From the NCBI GenBank assembly GCA_046597055.1, contig JBKJLC010000089.1:1-45641 (forward strand): DNA of 45,641 bases. The letters are read 5' to 3'. Every line of letters begins with the position of its first letter. The stretch's first letter is position 1. The notes under the pieces are model-generated. The model worked only from the letters and a program-made list of their open reading frames with translations, was not told where the DNA came from and ran no database searches. Positions 1 to 13,744 of this stretch are shown one piece after another. The DNA comes from Kofleriaceae bacterium. Its GTDB lineage: Bacteria; Myxococcota_A; Polyangia; Haliangiales; Haliangiaceae. The position numbers and the translations under genes were made by a program.

Positions 1-441
1 ATCATGAGCTCGCAGTTCGACGGCTGGGAGCCCCACATGGGCTACATCCCCCGGCGCGCGAACGGCGCGATCATCGCCGACCGCCTGGGCGACGCGATCC
101 CCTACGCGCTGTTCAGCATCCAGGACCGCGGCAAGCTGTTCGTCACGCCCGGCCAGCTGCTCTACGAAGGCATGGTGATCGGAGAGAACGCGCATCCCAG
201 CGATCTCGACGTCAACGCCAGCCGCGCCAAGAAGCTCACCAACATTCGAGCTGCAGGCCGAGATGACAACGTCATCCTCACGCCTCCGGTCGACATGAAC
301 CTGGAGAAGGCCCTGGAGTGGATCGCCGAGGATGAGCTCGTCGAGGTCACCCCCAAGTCCATCCGCCTCCGCAAGCGCGTCCTTCCTTTCCAGGATCGCT
401 ACCGTTCCGACCGCACCAAGAAGCGCGAGAAGGAAGACTGA
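1..441 (+). CDS. typA: Translational GTPase TypA/BipA, C-terminal part (5' truncated by window)
   Basis: BipA C-terminal motifs YALFSIQDRG, YEGMVIGE, KKLTNIRAAG, LEKALEWIAEDELVEVTPKSIRLRK. Confidence 0.96.
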   Translation: MMSSQFDGWEPHMGYIPRRANGAIIADRLGDAIPYALFSIQDRGKLFVTPGQLLYEGMVIGENAHPSDLDVNASRAKKLTNIRAAGRDDNVILTPPVDMNLEKALEWIAEDELVEVTPKSIRLRKRVLPFQDRYRSDRTKKREKED

Positions 442-445
442 GCCT

Positions 446-479
446 CCCTCACCCCGTGGGGAGAGGGCCGGGGTGAGGG
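446..479. repeat. REP-like palindrome CCCTCACCCCG-N12-CGGGGTGAGGG just after the typA stop
   Basis: 446-456 is the exact reverse complement of 469-479; alternative stem 446-455/458-467 has one mismatch; resembles the widespread CCCTCxCCC..GGGAGAGGG..GGGGTGAGGG extragenic element. Confidence 0.7.
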
Positions 480-500
480 CGTTCGAGCTACACTCGCCGT

Positions 501-1679
501 GTGCATGCGTGGCTCGAACGTGAATCGCCAGAGGGTGACCGAATCACCCTCCCCGACGGATCAGGTTCACTGGTCTTCGGACGTTCCCCGAAGTGCACGC
601 TGGTCTTCGACGACATCACGCTCTCTGCCCGGCACTGCGAAGTGGCCTGGGACTCGGGCTTCTGGCGGCTCAAAGATCTAGGCAGCGAAGTCGGCACGAA
701 GCTCAACGGCCAGTCGTTGACCCACGGCCGAGCGCTGTTCACCGGAGATCGAATCGAGTTCGGTTCCGTGCGGCTGCGCTTTCGCACGGATCTTCCCATC
801 GATGATCCGCAGCTGCTCGACGCGATCGGAAGGTCCCCCGAAGCCGAGTCGAACTGGCTGGTCTACGCCGATCAACTCCAGGAACGGGGAGACGCGCTCG
901 GAGAACGTATCTCCCGCGCGCGCGCCGGCGGCCGGCTCGATCACATGCCGTGGCTGGGCCCCCTGTGGAACTCCTTCGTCGCCGGAGAGCTGGAGATCGA
1001 GTGGCACTTCGGCTTCGTGAAGCGAGCCACCATTCGCACGGCCGCGGGCCGCTTGCCTGCCGAGTGGAAGCCGATCGTCTCCACCCTGCTCAACTTGCGC
1101 ATCGGGCGCTTCGTGCGCTCGTTGGTGATCGACCTGCCTCGGCTCGAGAACCTGACCGCGATCCAGATTCCCGGCGAGGTGGTGGCCGCCCAGCACTTCC
1201 TCGCTGAACTGCCCGCCCTCCCCAGCACCCTCGAGCGCTTGTCGTTCGGGTACCACGTGGCCCAGCCCTCGACGGGATCGCTGTCAGTGACTGAAGAGCT
1301 GGCCCTGCGGCTTCCCCGGCTTCGGGGGACTCCGGTGTACCAGCGGGTCAACGGTGTGCGGCTGCGCGTGATCAACGTGGCGGACGGCGTGAAACTGGGG
1401 GGCATCGAAGGCAGCCGGGTGCTCACCCACAGCGTCACCCGCATTCGCCGTGGGAATCGCAACCAACTCTTCCTCGAGAGCGCGCCGGGCATGGCCTTCA
1501 TGGCAGACGGAGATCCGTGCTTCTTCTCGTTCACCGACGGCCGGCCGCGGCTGATCGCCGGGCGAATGCGCGGAGAGGTGCGGGTCAATAATCGGATCGA
1601 CTCGCTCTACGAGCTGCTCCCGGACGACGTGATCGACGTGCTGGCCGGCGCGAAGTTTCGGCTCGAGGTGGTCGCGTGA
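501..1679 (+). CDS. FHA domain + TIGR02996-type domain protein (paralog 1)
   Basis: N-terminal FHA (FGRS..LSARHC..LKDLGSEVGTKLNG..GDRIEFG); LLDAIGRSPEAESNWLVYADQLQERGDALGE resembles TIGR02996; then WHFGFVKRA and LERLSFGY; FHA-like C-terminal end. Confidence 0.8.
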   Translation: MHAWLERESPEGDRITLPDGSGSLVFGRSPKCTLVFDDITLSARHCEVAWDSGFWRLKDLGSEVGTKLNGQSLTHGRALFTGDRIEFGSVRLRFRTDLPIDDPQLLDAIGRSPEAESNWLVYADQLQERGDALGERISRARAGGRLDHMPWLGPLWNSFVAGELEIEWHFGFVKRATIRTAAGRLPAEWKPIVSTLLNLRIGRFVRSLVIDLPRLENLTAIQIPGEVVAAQHFLAELPALPSTLERLSFGYHVAQPSTGSLSVTEELALRLPRLRGTPVYQRVNGVRLRVINVADGVKLGGIEGSRVLTHSVTRIRRGNRNQLFLESAPGMAFMADGDPCFFSFTDGRPRLIAGRMRGEVRVNNRIDSLYELLPDDVIDVLAGAKFRLEVVA

Positions 1680-2842
1680 AGGCGTGGGTTCGAAGGATCG
1701 ATCTCGACACCTTTGCGTCCACCGTCTTCGAGCTGGACGAGGTGAACGGCGTCGTCACGGTCGGCCGCGCGGGCGCCGACATCGTGATCGAGTCTCCGCG
1801 GCTCTCGAAAAAACAGTGCGCCTTCGTGAGCGACGGCGGCCGCTGGCTGGTGGAGGACGTCACCTCGTCCGGCGGCACCTTCCTCAACGGGCGCCGCGTG
1901 CATCGCCACACGCTCACGCACGGAGACACGCTCTGGCTCTACGACGCGCTGCTGGTCTTCCTGGAGACACCGCCGGTCACCGGCTCAGGGCCCGAAGCGC
2001 ACCTCGACGAAGATCCCGACGACGCGAGCCGGGTGCAGGTGTGGGCTGACTGGCTTCTGGAGCGAGGCGACCCGCTGGGGGATCACCTGCTCGCCAAACA
2101 GCCCTCCGATACGGCGCTCGATGGCCTGTCTCCGCTGGTGAAGGAGGGACGGCTCGAGCTGGGCTGGCGTCATGGGCTGATTCACACTGCCCGGCTGCGC
2201 TGCATCAACGACGCGACCTACAGCGACGTCGAGCTGATCGCGCGCTTCCTTTCTCTTCGGGTCGCCAGGTGGACGCGCGAGCTGACGGTTGATCTCTCGA
2301 CCTGGGTGATGCCTTCAGCCAATCGCATTCACCAGGACGCGGCGGCGGTGCTCAAGGGCCTGCTCACGGGGCCCCATCTGCCGTCATTGGAGCGGCTGTC
2401 CTTCGGCTACTTCACCGAGCCGTTGCCACCGTCGATCTACCTGCTCTCCATGCTCGATCGGTTGAAGCAGCGCTTTCCGAAGCTGAAGACCAACCCACGC
2501 CTGCTGCTCGCGCCGGTGCGAACTGCCACGCTGGAAGTTCTGCAGATTCCCAGAGAGCTCGATTTCCACGCGCCCGCGGCGAAGGACGATCGCATTCCGC
2601 TCGACTCGGGGTTGTGGGTGGGAAGCTCGGCGCGAGGCCAGCTCAGAGCGTTGGCCCCCGGGGTTCACCGCAGCGGCGTGGTCGAGTCCTTCCTGGTCCG
2701 CCAGCAATCGCCGCAGTGGTGCCTGATTCCGCTCGAGCACGGCGTGCTGCTCAACGGGCGGCCCGCGGTCGAGACCCGGCTGCTGCCAGGTGACGTGATC
2801 GAAGAGCCGCGAGGAACCCGCTTCGGCTTTGACGTCCTCTGA
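1676..2842 (+). CDS. FHA domain + TIGR02996-type domain protein (paralog 2)
   Basis: GTGA overlap with upstream gene; FHA (VGRA..LSKKQC..VEDVTSSGGTFLNG..HGDTL); DPDDASRVQVWADWLLERGDPLGD; WRHGLIHTA; LERLSFGY shared with paralog 1. Confidence 0.8.
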   Translation: MKAWVRRIDLDTFASTVFELDEVNGVVTVGRAGADIVIESPRLSKKQCAFVSDGGRWLVEDVTSSGGTFLNGRRVHRHTLTHGDTLWLYDALLVFLETPPVTGSGPEAHLDEDPDDASRVQVWADWLLERGDPLGDHLLAKQPSDTALDGLSPLVKEGRLELGWRHGLIHTARLRCINDATYSDVELIARFLSLRVARWTRELTVDLSTWVMPSANRIHQDAAAVLKGLLTGPHLPSLERLSFGYFTEPLPPSIYLLSMLDRLKQRFPKLKTNPRLLLAPVRTATLEVLQIPRELDFHAPAAKDDRIPLDSGLWVGSSARGQLRALAPGVHRSGVVESFLVRQQSPQWCLIPLEHGVLLNGRPAVETRLLPGDVIEEPRGTRFGFDVL

Positions 2843-2851
2843 CAACTGCCC

Positions 2852-2988
2852 ACCGTTCATCCCGAGAGGGTTGGCCGAAATAGCGAGGAACCGTTCATCC
2901 CGAGCGGAGTCGAGGGACGCCGCGTTCGGCTCGCATCGGAACCTGGCGCAAGCAGAACTCGTCCCTCGACTCCGCTCGGGATGAACGG
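2852..2988. repeat. REP/REPIN-like inverted repeat between convergent genes
   Basis: Perfect 29-bp inverted repeat 2891-2919 (CCGTTCATCCCGAGCGGAGTCGAGGGACG) / 2960-2988 with 40-bp spacer, plus a partial direct copy ACCGTTCATCCCGAG at 2852-2866. Confidence 0.85.
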
Positions 2989-3016
2989 GCGTCGGCCCCC
3001 TATTTCGATCAACCCT

Positions 3017-4402
3017 CTAGCCAGCCTTGCTCGGAAGCCGCGAAACCTTTCCGCTCAGAAACGAATCGACGCTCCGTGCGAGCTCACGCCCATCCGAGAT
3101 CGCCCAGACGATCAACGAAGCTCCACGAGCGGCATCACCACCACCAAACACGCCATCGACATTGGTCGCGAAGCGCGAGTCGACCTTCACGTTGCCGCGC
3201 GCATCGAGCAAAACCCCGAGCTGTTCGCTGGCCTGAGTGCCATCCGCCCCCAGGAAACCCATCGCCTGAATGAGCACGTCGACCTCGACCCGCTCCTCCT
3301 GGTCCGGTCTCTCCACATCGACCCAGTGCATGGCAGTGAGCTGCCCATCGACGCCCTCCAGCCGAGTCGTGCGCCGAGCGAACAACCGCTTGCCACCCTC
3401 CTCCTGGCTCGACGAAGTCCGAAACACGAGGGGCCACTGCGGCCATGGATTCTTCTCTCCGCGAACCAGAGGCGGAGCGGGCATCAGCTCAACCTGCATC
3501 ACGGACGCCGCACCCTGCCGATGAGCAGTGCCTAAGCAATCCGACCCGGTATCGCCGCCCCCGAGAATCACCACCCGCCTTCCCGTCGCGATCTGCGCCT
3601 GTCCGCGATTTTGCGCCTCGAGGAAATCCATGGCCATCACCACGCCGCGCAGCTCAGTCCCGGGGATCTCCAACAGCCGCGGCCGCGCAGCACCGATAGC
3701 GATCACCACCGCATCGCTGCCGGCCTTCAGGTCAGCCCAGGTCGGGGACCGCCCCACGTCCACGCCGGTGCGGAACTCGATCCCTTCTTCCTCGAGGATC
3801 GCCAACCTGCGATCGATCACCGACTTCTCCATCTTGAAGTCTGGGATCCCAAAACGAAGCAGCCCACCGATCTTCTCAGACCGCTCGTACACGGTGACCT
3901 GATGCCCGGCCTGGTTGAGCTGCGCTGCGGCCGCCAGCCCCGCGGGCCCTGAGCCCACGATCGCCACGCGCTTCCCCGAGCGAACGGGCGGAACCTTCGG
4001 CACCACCCACCCCTCCGCGAAGGCCCGCTCGATGATCTCCTTCTCCAGGTGCTCGATGGCGACCGGGTCTTGATCGATCGCCAGCACGCACGCACCTTCG
4101 CAAGGTGCAGGGCAGAGCCGCCCGGTGAACTCTGGGAAGTTGTTGGTGGTCGAGAGCACCTCCCACGCCGCGCGCCACCGGCCCGCGTACAGGTGCTCGT
4201 TGAAGTCGGGGATCACATTCCCCAGCGGACAGCCCCGATGACAGAACGGCACGCCGCAATCCATGCAGCGCCCCGCTTGATGCCTGGTCTCCTCAGGCGC
4301 CATCGGAAGAATGAACTCGCGCGAGTCCTTCAAGCGCCTGGGGACCTCGCGTTTCTCGGGCGGATGCCGCTCCCAATCCATGAAGCCGGTTGGTTTCCCC
4401 AT
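3017..4402 (-). CDS. gltD: Glutamate synthase small subunit
   Basis: MGKPTGFM start; RCMDCGVPFCHRGCPLGN Fe-S motif; NNFPEFTGRLCPAPCE; GSGPAG and GGGDTGSDC dinucleotide motifs; directly downstream of gltB. Confidence 0.97.
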   Translation of the reverse strand: MGKPTGFMDWERHPPEKREVPRRLKDSREFILPMAPEETRHQAGRCMDCGVPFCHRGCPLGNVIPDFNEHLYAGRWRAAWEVLSTTNNFPEFTGRLCPAPCEGACVLAIDQDPVAIEHLEKEIIERAFAEGWVVPKVPPVRSGKRVAIVGSGPAGLAAAAQLNQAGHQVTVYERSEKIGGLLRFGIPDFKMEKSVIDRRLAILEEEGIEFRTGVDVGRSPTWADLKAGSDAVVIAIGAARPRLLEIPGTELRGVVMAMDFLEAQNRGQAQIATGRRVVILGGGDTGSDCLGTAHRQGAASVMQVELMPAPPLVRGEKNPWPQWPLVFRTSSSQEEGGKRLFARRTTRLEGVDGQLTAMHWVDVERPDQEERVEVDVLIQAMGFLGADGTQASEQLGVLLDARGNVKVDSRFATNVDGVFGGGDAARGASLIVWAISDGRELARSVDSFLSGKVSRLPSKAG

Positions 4403-4407
4403 GGCCT

Positions 4408-8955
<4,548 letters not shown>

Positions 8956-9054
8956 CGCGCGGGAGACTAACGCGGCGCGTCAGCCATTGCACCAACTTCC
9001 TGCGGGGGATCGCGATCGCTCGGAGCGAGGCCTTAGCCCTTACAATGTCGGCCT

Positions 9055-10005
9055 ATGGTTCGACCCTGGCTTGGAACGATGGCGCTGCTCGTGGCGCTCG
9101 CGGGGTGCGCGGGGTGCAAGGACAAGGGCCGCGACAAGAAGGTGGTTGCGGCCGCGGCCAGCGATCCGGCCGGTGATGCCCAGCTGATCGCGCGTCGTGA
9201 CGCGCTCTTGAAGAGCCGGTCGACCCTGAAGGAAGAGCAGGCCCGGCTCGCCAGCGAGCGCCAGAAGGTGATCGAGACCGGCGGCGACACCACCGAGATC
9301 GATCGCAAGGCCGCCGAGCTGAGGTCGAAGGAGGCCGAGATCTCGTCGGAAGAGTCCGACATGCTCGAGCAGATCCTCGAGCAGAACAAGACGCTGCTGG
9401 CCGCCTCGTCGGGCGGCGCCGACGCCACCGCGCAGGTTGCGGTCCGCGAGTCCTCGATGGCCGGCCGCGAGAAGGGGGTCGCGACCCGCGAGGACCGGGT
9501 CGCCCAGCGCGAGGCGACCCTGGCCGAGCGCGAGCGCGCGCTGGCGGCGCGCGAGAAGGAGACCTGCGGGGTCGGCGGCGCCCCGACGACGATCATCCAG
9601 ACCGTCGACGCCAAGGGCTCGAAGTACGACAAGCGCGACGTCGAGCCGACCCTGAAGAAGGCGCGCTCGGTGATGAGCGATCGCGGCATCCTCGCGAGCG
9701 ATCTGCCCGGCAACGTGCGCGAGCTCGAGAAGGAGGCGACCTCGGCGATGGCCGACGCCGACTACGGCCGCGCCTACCTGGCCGCCACCCAGCTGTTCAA
9801 GACCGTCTCCGCGCTCCCGATCGATCGCGGCTTCATCCAGGCCAAGAGCGCGCGCATCTCGGGCGCCGCCCGCGGCAAGAAGCTCGAGGCCACCGGCCAG
9901 AAGCAGGTCGACGACCTGTTCGCGGACGCGACCTCGAAGTTCGTCGACGGCGACTACAAGAGCGCGAACAAGAAGCTCAACGCGATCTGGTCCATCATCA
10001 ATTAG
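9055..10005 (+). CDS. Hypothetical exported/lipoprotein with long coiled coil
   Basis: Signal with LAGC lipobox-like segment, E/K/R/A-rich helical region, strong GC3 bias; TACAAT at 9041-9046 upstream. Confidence 0.75.
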   Translation: MVRPWLGTMALLVALAGCAGCKDKGRDKKVVAAAASDPAGDAQLIARRDALLKSRSTLKEEQARLASERQKVIETGGDTTEIDRKAAELRSKEAEISSEESDMLEQILEQNKTLLAASSGGADATAQVAVRESSMAGREKGVATREDRVAQREATLAERERALAAREKETCGVGGAPTTIIQTVDAKGSKYDKRDVEPTLKKARSVMSDRGILASDLPGNVRELEKEATSAMADADYGRAYLAATQLFKTVSALPIDRGFIQAKSARISGAARGKKLEATGQKQVDDLFADATSKFVDGDYKSANKKLNAIWSIIN

Positions 10006-10027
10006 AGGGGACGTGGCCGTCCCCTCT
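10004..10027. terminator. Perfect 10-bp hairpin overlapping the stop codon (terminator/3' stabiliser candidate)
   Basis: AGAGGGGACG-TGGC-CGTCCCCTCT; no U-tract, so termination is uncertain. Confidence 0.45.
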
Positions 10028-10138
10028 GGCCGCGTCACGCCGCGGCCATTCACCCCTGCCGCGCGTTCCCCGCGCGGGCCCGATCCTTCGCGCGGGCCCG
10101 ACCGGACGTGGCCGTTCGCCGGCGCTTTGACGGGCTGG

Positions 10139-10185
10139 CCCTTCGACTCCGGGCTCGCAACGAGCCCTTCGCTCAGGGACACCGG
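10139..10185. repeat. REP-like unit related to the 2891-2988 element, with an inserted hairpin
   Basis: CCCTTCGACTCC-[GGGCTCG CAA CGAGCCC]-TTCGCTCAGGGACACCGG compared with CCCTCGACTCCGCTCGGGATGAACGG at 2963-2988; between convergent genes. Confidence 0.6.
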
Positions 10186-10281
10186 AAAGATGTGCGGGAT
10201 CCCGAGGCAGACCGCCAAGGTGCCGCACGCGATCTTGGACGGTCTGCCGGCGCCCTCCAGCCGGAGCCCAGGGCGGGCGGG

Positions 10282-11202
10282 TCAGGGTGGCTTGACGGTG
10301 CCGGTGGCGTCGGCGTCGACGCCGCCGGCGGTGGCCGCGCCGATCACGATGGCGCCGGTGAGCACGACCGCGCCGAAGCCGGCGACCGCCCACCACTGGC
10401 GGTACCAGGCCGGCGGGGCGTCGACGTAGCGCACGTTGCGGGCCGGGGCCGGCGACCCGCTGGACGCGACCTGGCGCTCGATCGAGGCGTACGGCAACAG
10501 GGCGACGTCGACCCGGGTCTCGCGGTCGAACGTGATGTCGACGAAGCGCACGAAGTCGCGGTGCTCGGGATGGGTGACGCGCAGCGCGTGGGCGCCGACC
10601 GGCAGCGGCGCCGGTGGCGCCGGCGAGCGGCCGACTCGCTTGCCGTCGACATAGATGACGGCGCCGGTCACCGGGGTCGCGATCGCCAGCCGGCCGACGT
10701 AGCGCTCGGGCGCGAGCAGGCGGACCGCGCCGCCGCGGACGCCGCCCTGCTCGGGATCACCGAGCGAGACCTGGGTGGTGCGCAGGCTCCTGCGCGCGCC
10801 CACGTCGACCAGCTCCAGGTAGACGACCTGGACCTCGCCGAGCCCGCCGACCTCGCCGGCGACCACGTGCGACGCGCCGACCAGGCTGCCGAGCTCGGCC
10901 AGGCAGCTCGGCTCGCCGTCGCAGGCGCGCAGGATCGGCTTCTTCGCCTTCTTGATCGCGGCCAGCACGTCGGCGGCCGGGACGATCTTCGCGCCCCCGA
11001 TTGCGCCGAGCTCGGTGGCCAGCTCGGTCTCGAGCTTGCGCGACGACGCCGCGGTGTCGACGCTGCCCAGGGTCGACAGCGGCGCGATCGCGATCATCGT
11101 CGGCTTCACCGACCCCTTCGCGGCCGGTTGCGCGCGCGCGGCGGTCGCGCCCAGCCCGGCGGTCGCCAGGGCCAGCGCCGCGATCAGCGCGGGTGGGCGC
11201 AT
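10282..11202 (-). CDS. PEGA-domain membrane-anchored exported protein
   Basis: Start reassigned to ATG 11202 (TGATG overlap); signal peptide, C..CLAELG..GEVGGLG N-domain, PEGA (GAVIYVDGKRVGRSP..GAHALRV), PAWYRQWW + TM tail. Confidence 0.8.
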   Translation of the reverse strand: MRPPALIAALALATAGLGATAARAQPAAKGSVKPTMIAIAPLSTLGSVDTAASSRKLETELATELGAIGGAKIVPAADVLAAIKKAKKPILRACDGEPSCLAELGSLVGASHVVAGEVGGLGEVQVVYLELVDVGARRSLRTTQVSLGDPEQGGVRGGAVRLLAPERYVGRLAIATPVTGAVIYVDGKRVGRSPAPPAPLPVGAHALRVTHPEHRDFVRFVDITFDRETRVDVALLPYASIERQVASSGSPAPARNVRYVDAPPAWYRQWWAVAGFGAVVLTGAIVIGAATAGGVDADATGTVKPP

Positions 11203-12146
11203 CACGGTGGACACCCGTCGTCGCCGCAGCGGACGAGGGTAGGCTCGCCGAGCGACTGCCCGACCAGCACGCCGACCACCACCGCGGCGACGCCGACCCC
11301 GCCGACGAACCACGGCGACGCGTACCACCGGGTCGGGCTGCGGTGCACGATCCGCGGCGGCCCCAGCTCGGGCGTCGGCTCGGCCGGCGCGAGGTGCACG
11401 ACCACGCGGGTCGTCTTCTGGAAGCGTACGACCACCTTGTCCTCGAACGGCAGGTAGCCCTTGAGCTCGACCCGGAGCGCGTGCTCGCCGAGCGAGAGCC
11501 GGTCGAGCGGTCGCGCCAGCGGGGTGGTGCCGACGATCGCGCCGTCGACATGCACCGCACCGCCGACCATGTCCGACAGCACCGAGATCGAGCCGTGGAG
11601 CTGGCCGGGCGCGAGCAGGCGGTAGGCGGCGACCCGGATGCTGTCGATCAGCTCGTCGGGGCTGCCGCGCAGCGGGTCGGTGGCGATGCGGCGGATCTGG
11701 GTGCCCTTGCCGACGTCGATCGCCTTGATGTTGAGGATGTAGTTGTCGCCCATCGCGGCGACCGAGCCGGTGACCATCACGTCGACGCCGAGGCGCTTGC
11801 CGATCGCGGCGAGGCAGTGGTCCTCGCCGCCGCACCCGGTCAGCTCGCGATCGCCAGCGATCGCCTTGTCGATCTCGCGGCGGCCGGGCAAGGCACGGGT
11901 CGCCAGGCGGTCGAGCTCCATGCGGAACAGCGCCTCGAGGCGCGCGACCAGCTCCGGGCTGATGCCGAGCGCGTCGATGCGCCAGACTGCGATCTTCTGG
12001 GTCAGGGCCTGCTCGGGTCGGACCTCGTCGGGCGGCAGCTTGGCCGGACCTGGGGCCGGCTGCGCGCTGATCGGTGCCGCCAGCGCGAGCGCGACCGCGG
12101 CCGCGAGCATGGCGATCCGTCCGGTGAGGCGCCCCGACCCGATCAC
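11202..12146 (-). CDS. PEGA-domain membrane-anchored exported protein (paralog)
   Basis: Signal peptide, CGGEDHCLAAIG, PEGA (GAVHVDGAIVGTTP..GEHALRVELKGY), RWYASPW + TM; start GTG 12146 chosen from upstream TGnTACGAT (ATG 12155 is an alternative). Confidence 0.8.
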   Translation of the reverse strand: MIGSGRLTGRIAMLAAAVALALAAPISAQPAPGPAKLPPDEVRPEQALTQKIAVWRIDALGISPELVARLEALFRMELDRLATRALPGRREIDKAIAGDRELTGCGGEDHCLAAIGKRLGVDVMVTGSVAAMGDNYILNIKAIDVGKGTQIRRIATDPLRGSPDELIDSIRVAAYRLLAPGQLHGSISVLSDMVGGAVHVDGAIVGTTPLARPLDRLSLGEHALRVELKGYLPFEDKVVVRFQKTTRVVVHLAPAEPTPELGPPRIVHRSPTRWYASPWFVGGVGVAAVVVGVLVGQSLGEPTLVRCGDDGCPP

Positions 12147-12261
12147 GGTGCCCATCGTATCACCAAGCTGCAGCCGCGCGCCCGGCGGCGACTGCGGGTG
12201 CGGCGGCGATCACGCGGCCGGGGCCGCGCCGGCCGCGCGCGGGCGCGTGTTACGGTGCGGT

Positions 12262-12741
12262 ATGGGTCGCGCCGATCGTGGGCTCGTCGGGAGCCGTCTC
12301 GGGCGCGCTGCGCTCGCCACCGTGGTGACGCTCGTCACCGCCTGCTCGTCGGTGTCGACGGTCCGCATCCAGCACGAGAACGTCGCGGCCGGTCCCGGGC
12401 TGCGGCCGATCGCGGCGATCCAGGTCAACGCGACCAGCGCGTACGTCCTGTTCATCCCGATCCCGGGCAAGGTCAGCCTGGATCGCGTGGTCAACCGGAT
12501 GCTGATCGTCGCCGCCAAGACCATGGGCGCCGACAAGATCGCCAACCTCGAGTTCGAGGTGACCCCCGACTCGGGCATCTGGACCCTGCGCAAGCTGCTC
12601 GGCTGGCGCTCGGCCCGCGCCTCGGGGATTGCGGTCCAGGTCGAGGCCGCGCCCGCCGATCCGAGCGCCGACGACGGTCCCGAGCCCGGCCCGCCGGCTG
12701 CGGTCGAGCCACCGCCGCGCGCGCCGGACGCCGCGCCGTGA
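12262..12741 (+). CDS. Small hypothetical lipoprotein
   Basis: VTLVTAC lipobox; AKTMGADKIANL..ASGIAV pattern reminiscent of YbjQ/TRL-like lipoproteins; Pro-rich tail; TGTTACGGT just upstream. Confidence 0.65.
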   Translation: MGRADRGLVGSRLGRAALATVVTLVTACSSVSTVRIQHENVAAGPGLRPIAAIQVNATSAYVLFIPIPGKVSLDRVVNRMLIVAAKTMGADKIANLEFEVTPDSGIWTLRKLLGWRSARASGIAVQVEAAPADPSADDGPEPGPPAAVEPPPRAPDAAP

Positions 12742-12764
12742 ACCGCGGCTCGCCGGGCGGCTGA

Positions 12765-13709
12765 TCAGGAGCCGATCGGCGCGGTGAGCGCCTTCTCGAC
12801 GATGCCGGACAGCAGCTGGATGTCGGCCGGCAACAGCGCGGGCCGCGTCAGGTACGGGACCGGATGGGTCGGCGCCGCCACCGTCGCCGCGACCTCCGCG
12901 AAGTAGTGCTCGTTGAGCGCGCGGCGGCTGCACGCCATCTGGCCATGCGCGGTCAGCGACGCCAGCGGGTCGGCCGGGTGCGCCGCGGCCAGCGCGCCGA
13001 GCACGCGCGCCGGCGGCGACGTGGGCGGGAAGTGATCCGGGAACATCTGGTTGACGAGCACGCGCTGCGGAATGATCCCGAGCGGCGTGAGCTTGTCCGC
13101 GAGCTCGCGGGCCTCGGTCACCGGCATCTCCTCGGCGATCGTCACCAGGATCGCGGCCGTGCGCGCCTGATCGCGGAGCAGGCCCTGCACGGTGCGGGCG
13201 TCGCGGGTCAGCGGGCCCTCGGGGACGGTGTTCACGATCACCCACGGGATCCGCAGCATCGACAGGCTGTGCCCCGACGCCGGCATGTCGAACACGACCG
13301 TGTCCCAGACCGGCTTGCCGCGCTTCTCCTGGGTCGTGTGGTACCAGGCCTTGCCGAGCACGGCGTAGTCGTCGAGCCCGGGGACGGCGCGCAGGAACGC
13401 CTTGGTCACCCGGTTCTCGAAGATCATGTCGTAGATGCGCTCGAACTTGAGGATCATCAACCCGTACTCGCGCAGCGCGTGCGCGGGGCTGGTGTTGAGG
13501 CCGTACAGGTTCGGCGCCAGCTCGGTGGGCGACGGGCCCAGTGTCGGCTTGCCGAAGTAGTCGCCGTAGCGATCCTTGGCGTTGCTCTGATAGAGCAGGG
13601 TGCGCCGGCCGCGGCGCGCGCACGCAGACGCGATGGCCGCGGCCATCGTGCTACGGCCGACTCCACCTTTGCCGAGGACGAGGATGAGGCGCCGGTCGAG
13701 GAGCGTCAC
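12765..13709 (-). CDS. ArsA/Get3-family (anion-transporting ATPase-like) protein
   Basis: GKGGVGRS deviant Walker [42 protein letters not shown]. Confidence 0.85.
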   Translation of the reverse strand: MTLLDRRLILVLGKGGVGRSTMAAAIASACARRGRRTLLYQSNAKDRYGDYFGKPTLGPSPTELAPNLYGLNTSPAHALREYGLMILKFERIYDMIFENRVTKAFLRAVPGLDDYAVLGKAWYHTTQEKRGKPVWDTVVFDMPASGHSLSMLRIPWVIVNTVPEGPLTRDARTVQGLLRDQARTAAILVTIAEEMPVTEARELADKLTPLGIIPQRVLVNQMFPDHFPPTSPPARVLGALAAAHPADPLASLTAHGQMACSRRALNEHYFAEVAATVAAPTHPVPYLTRPALLPADIQLLSGIVEKALTAPIGS

Positions 13710-13744
13710 GAAGCGCGGACCATACCGACAGAGCGCGGGGCTGG

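Noticed and set aside
2852..2988. IS ends or CRISPR repeats
   Set aside because: Only 40 bp between the arms, no transposase, no clear target duplication, and the copies are inverted rather than a direct array
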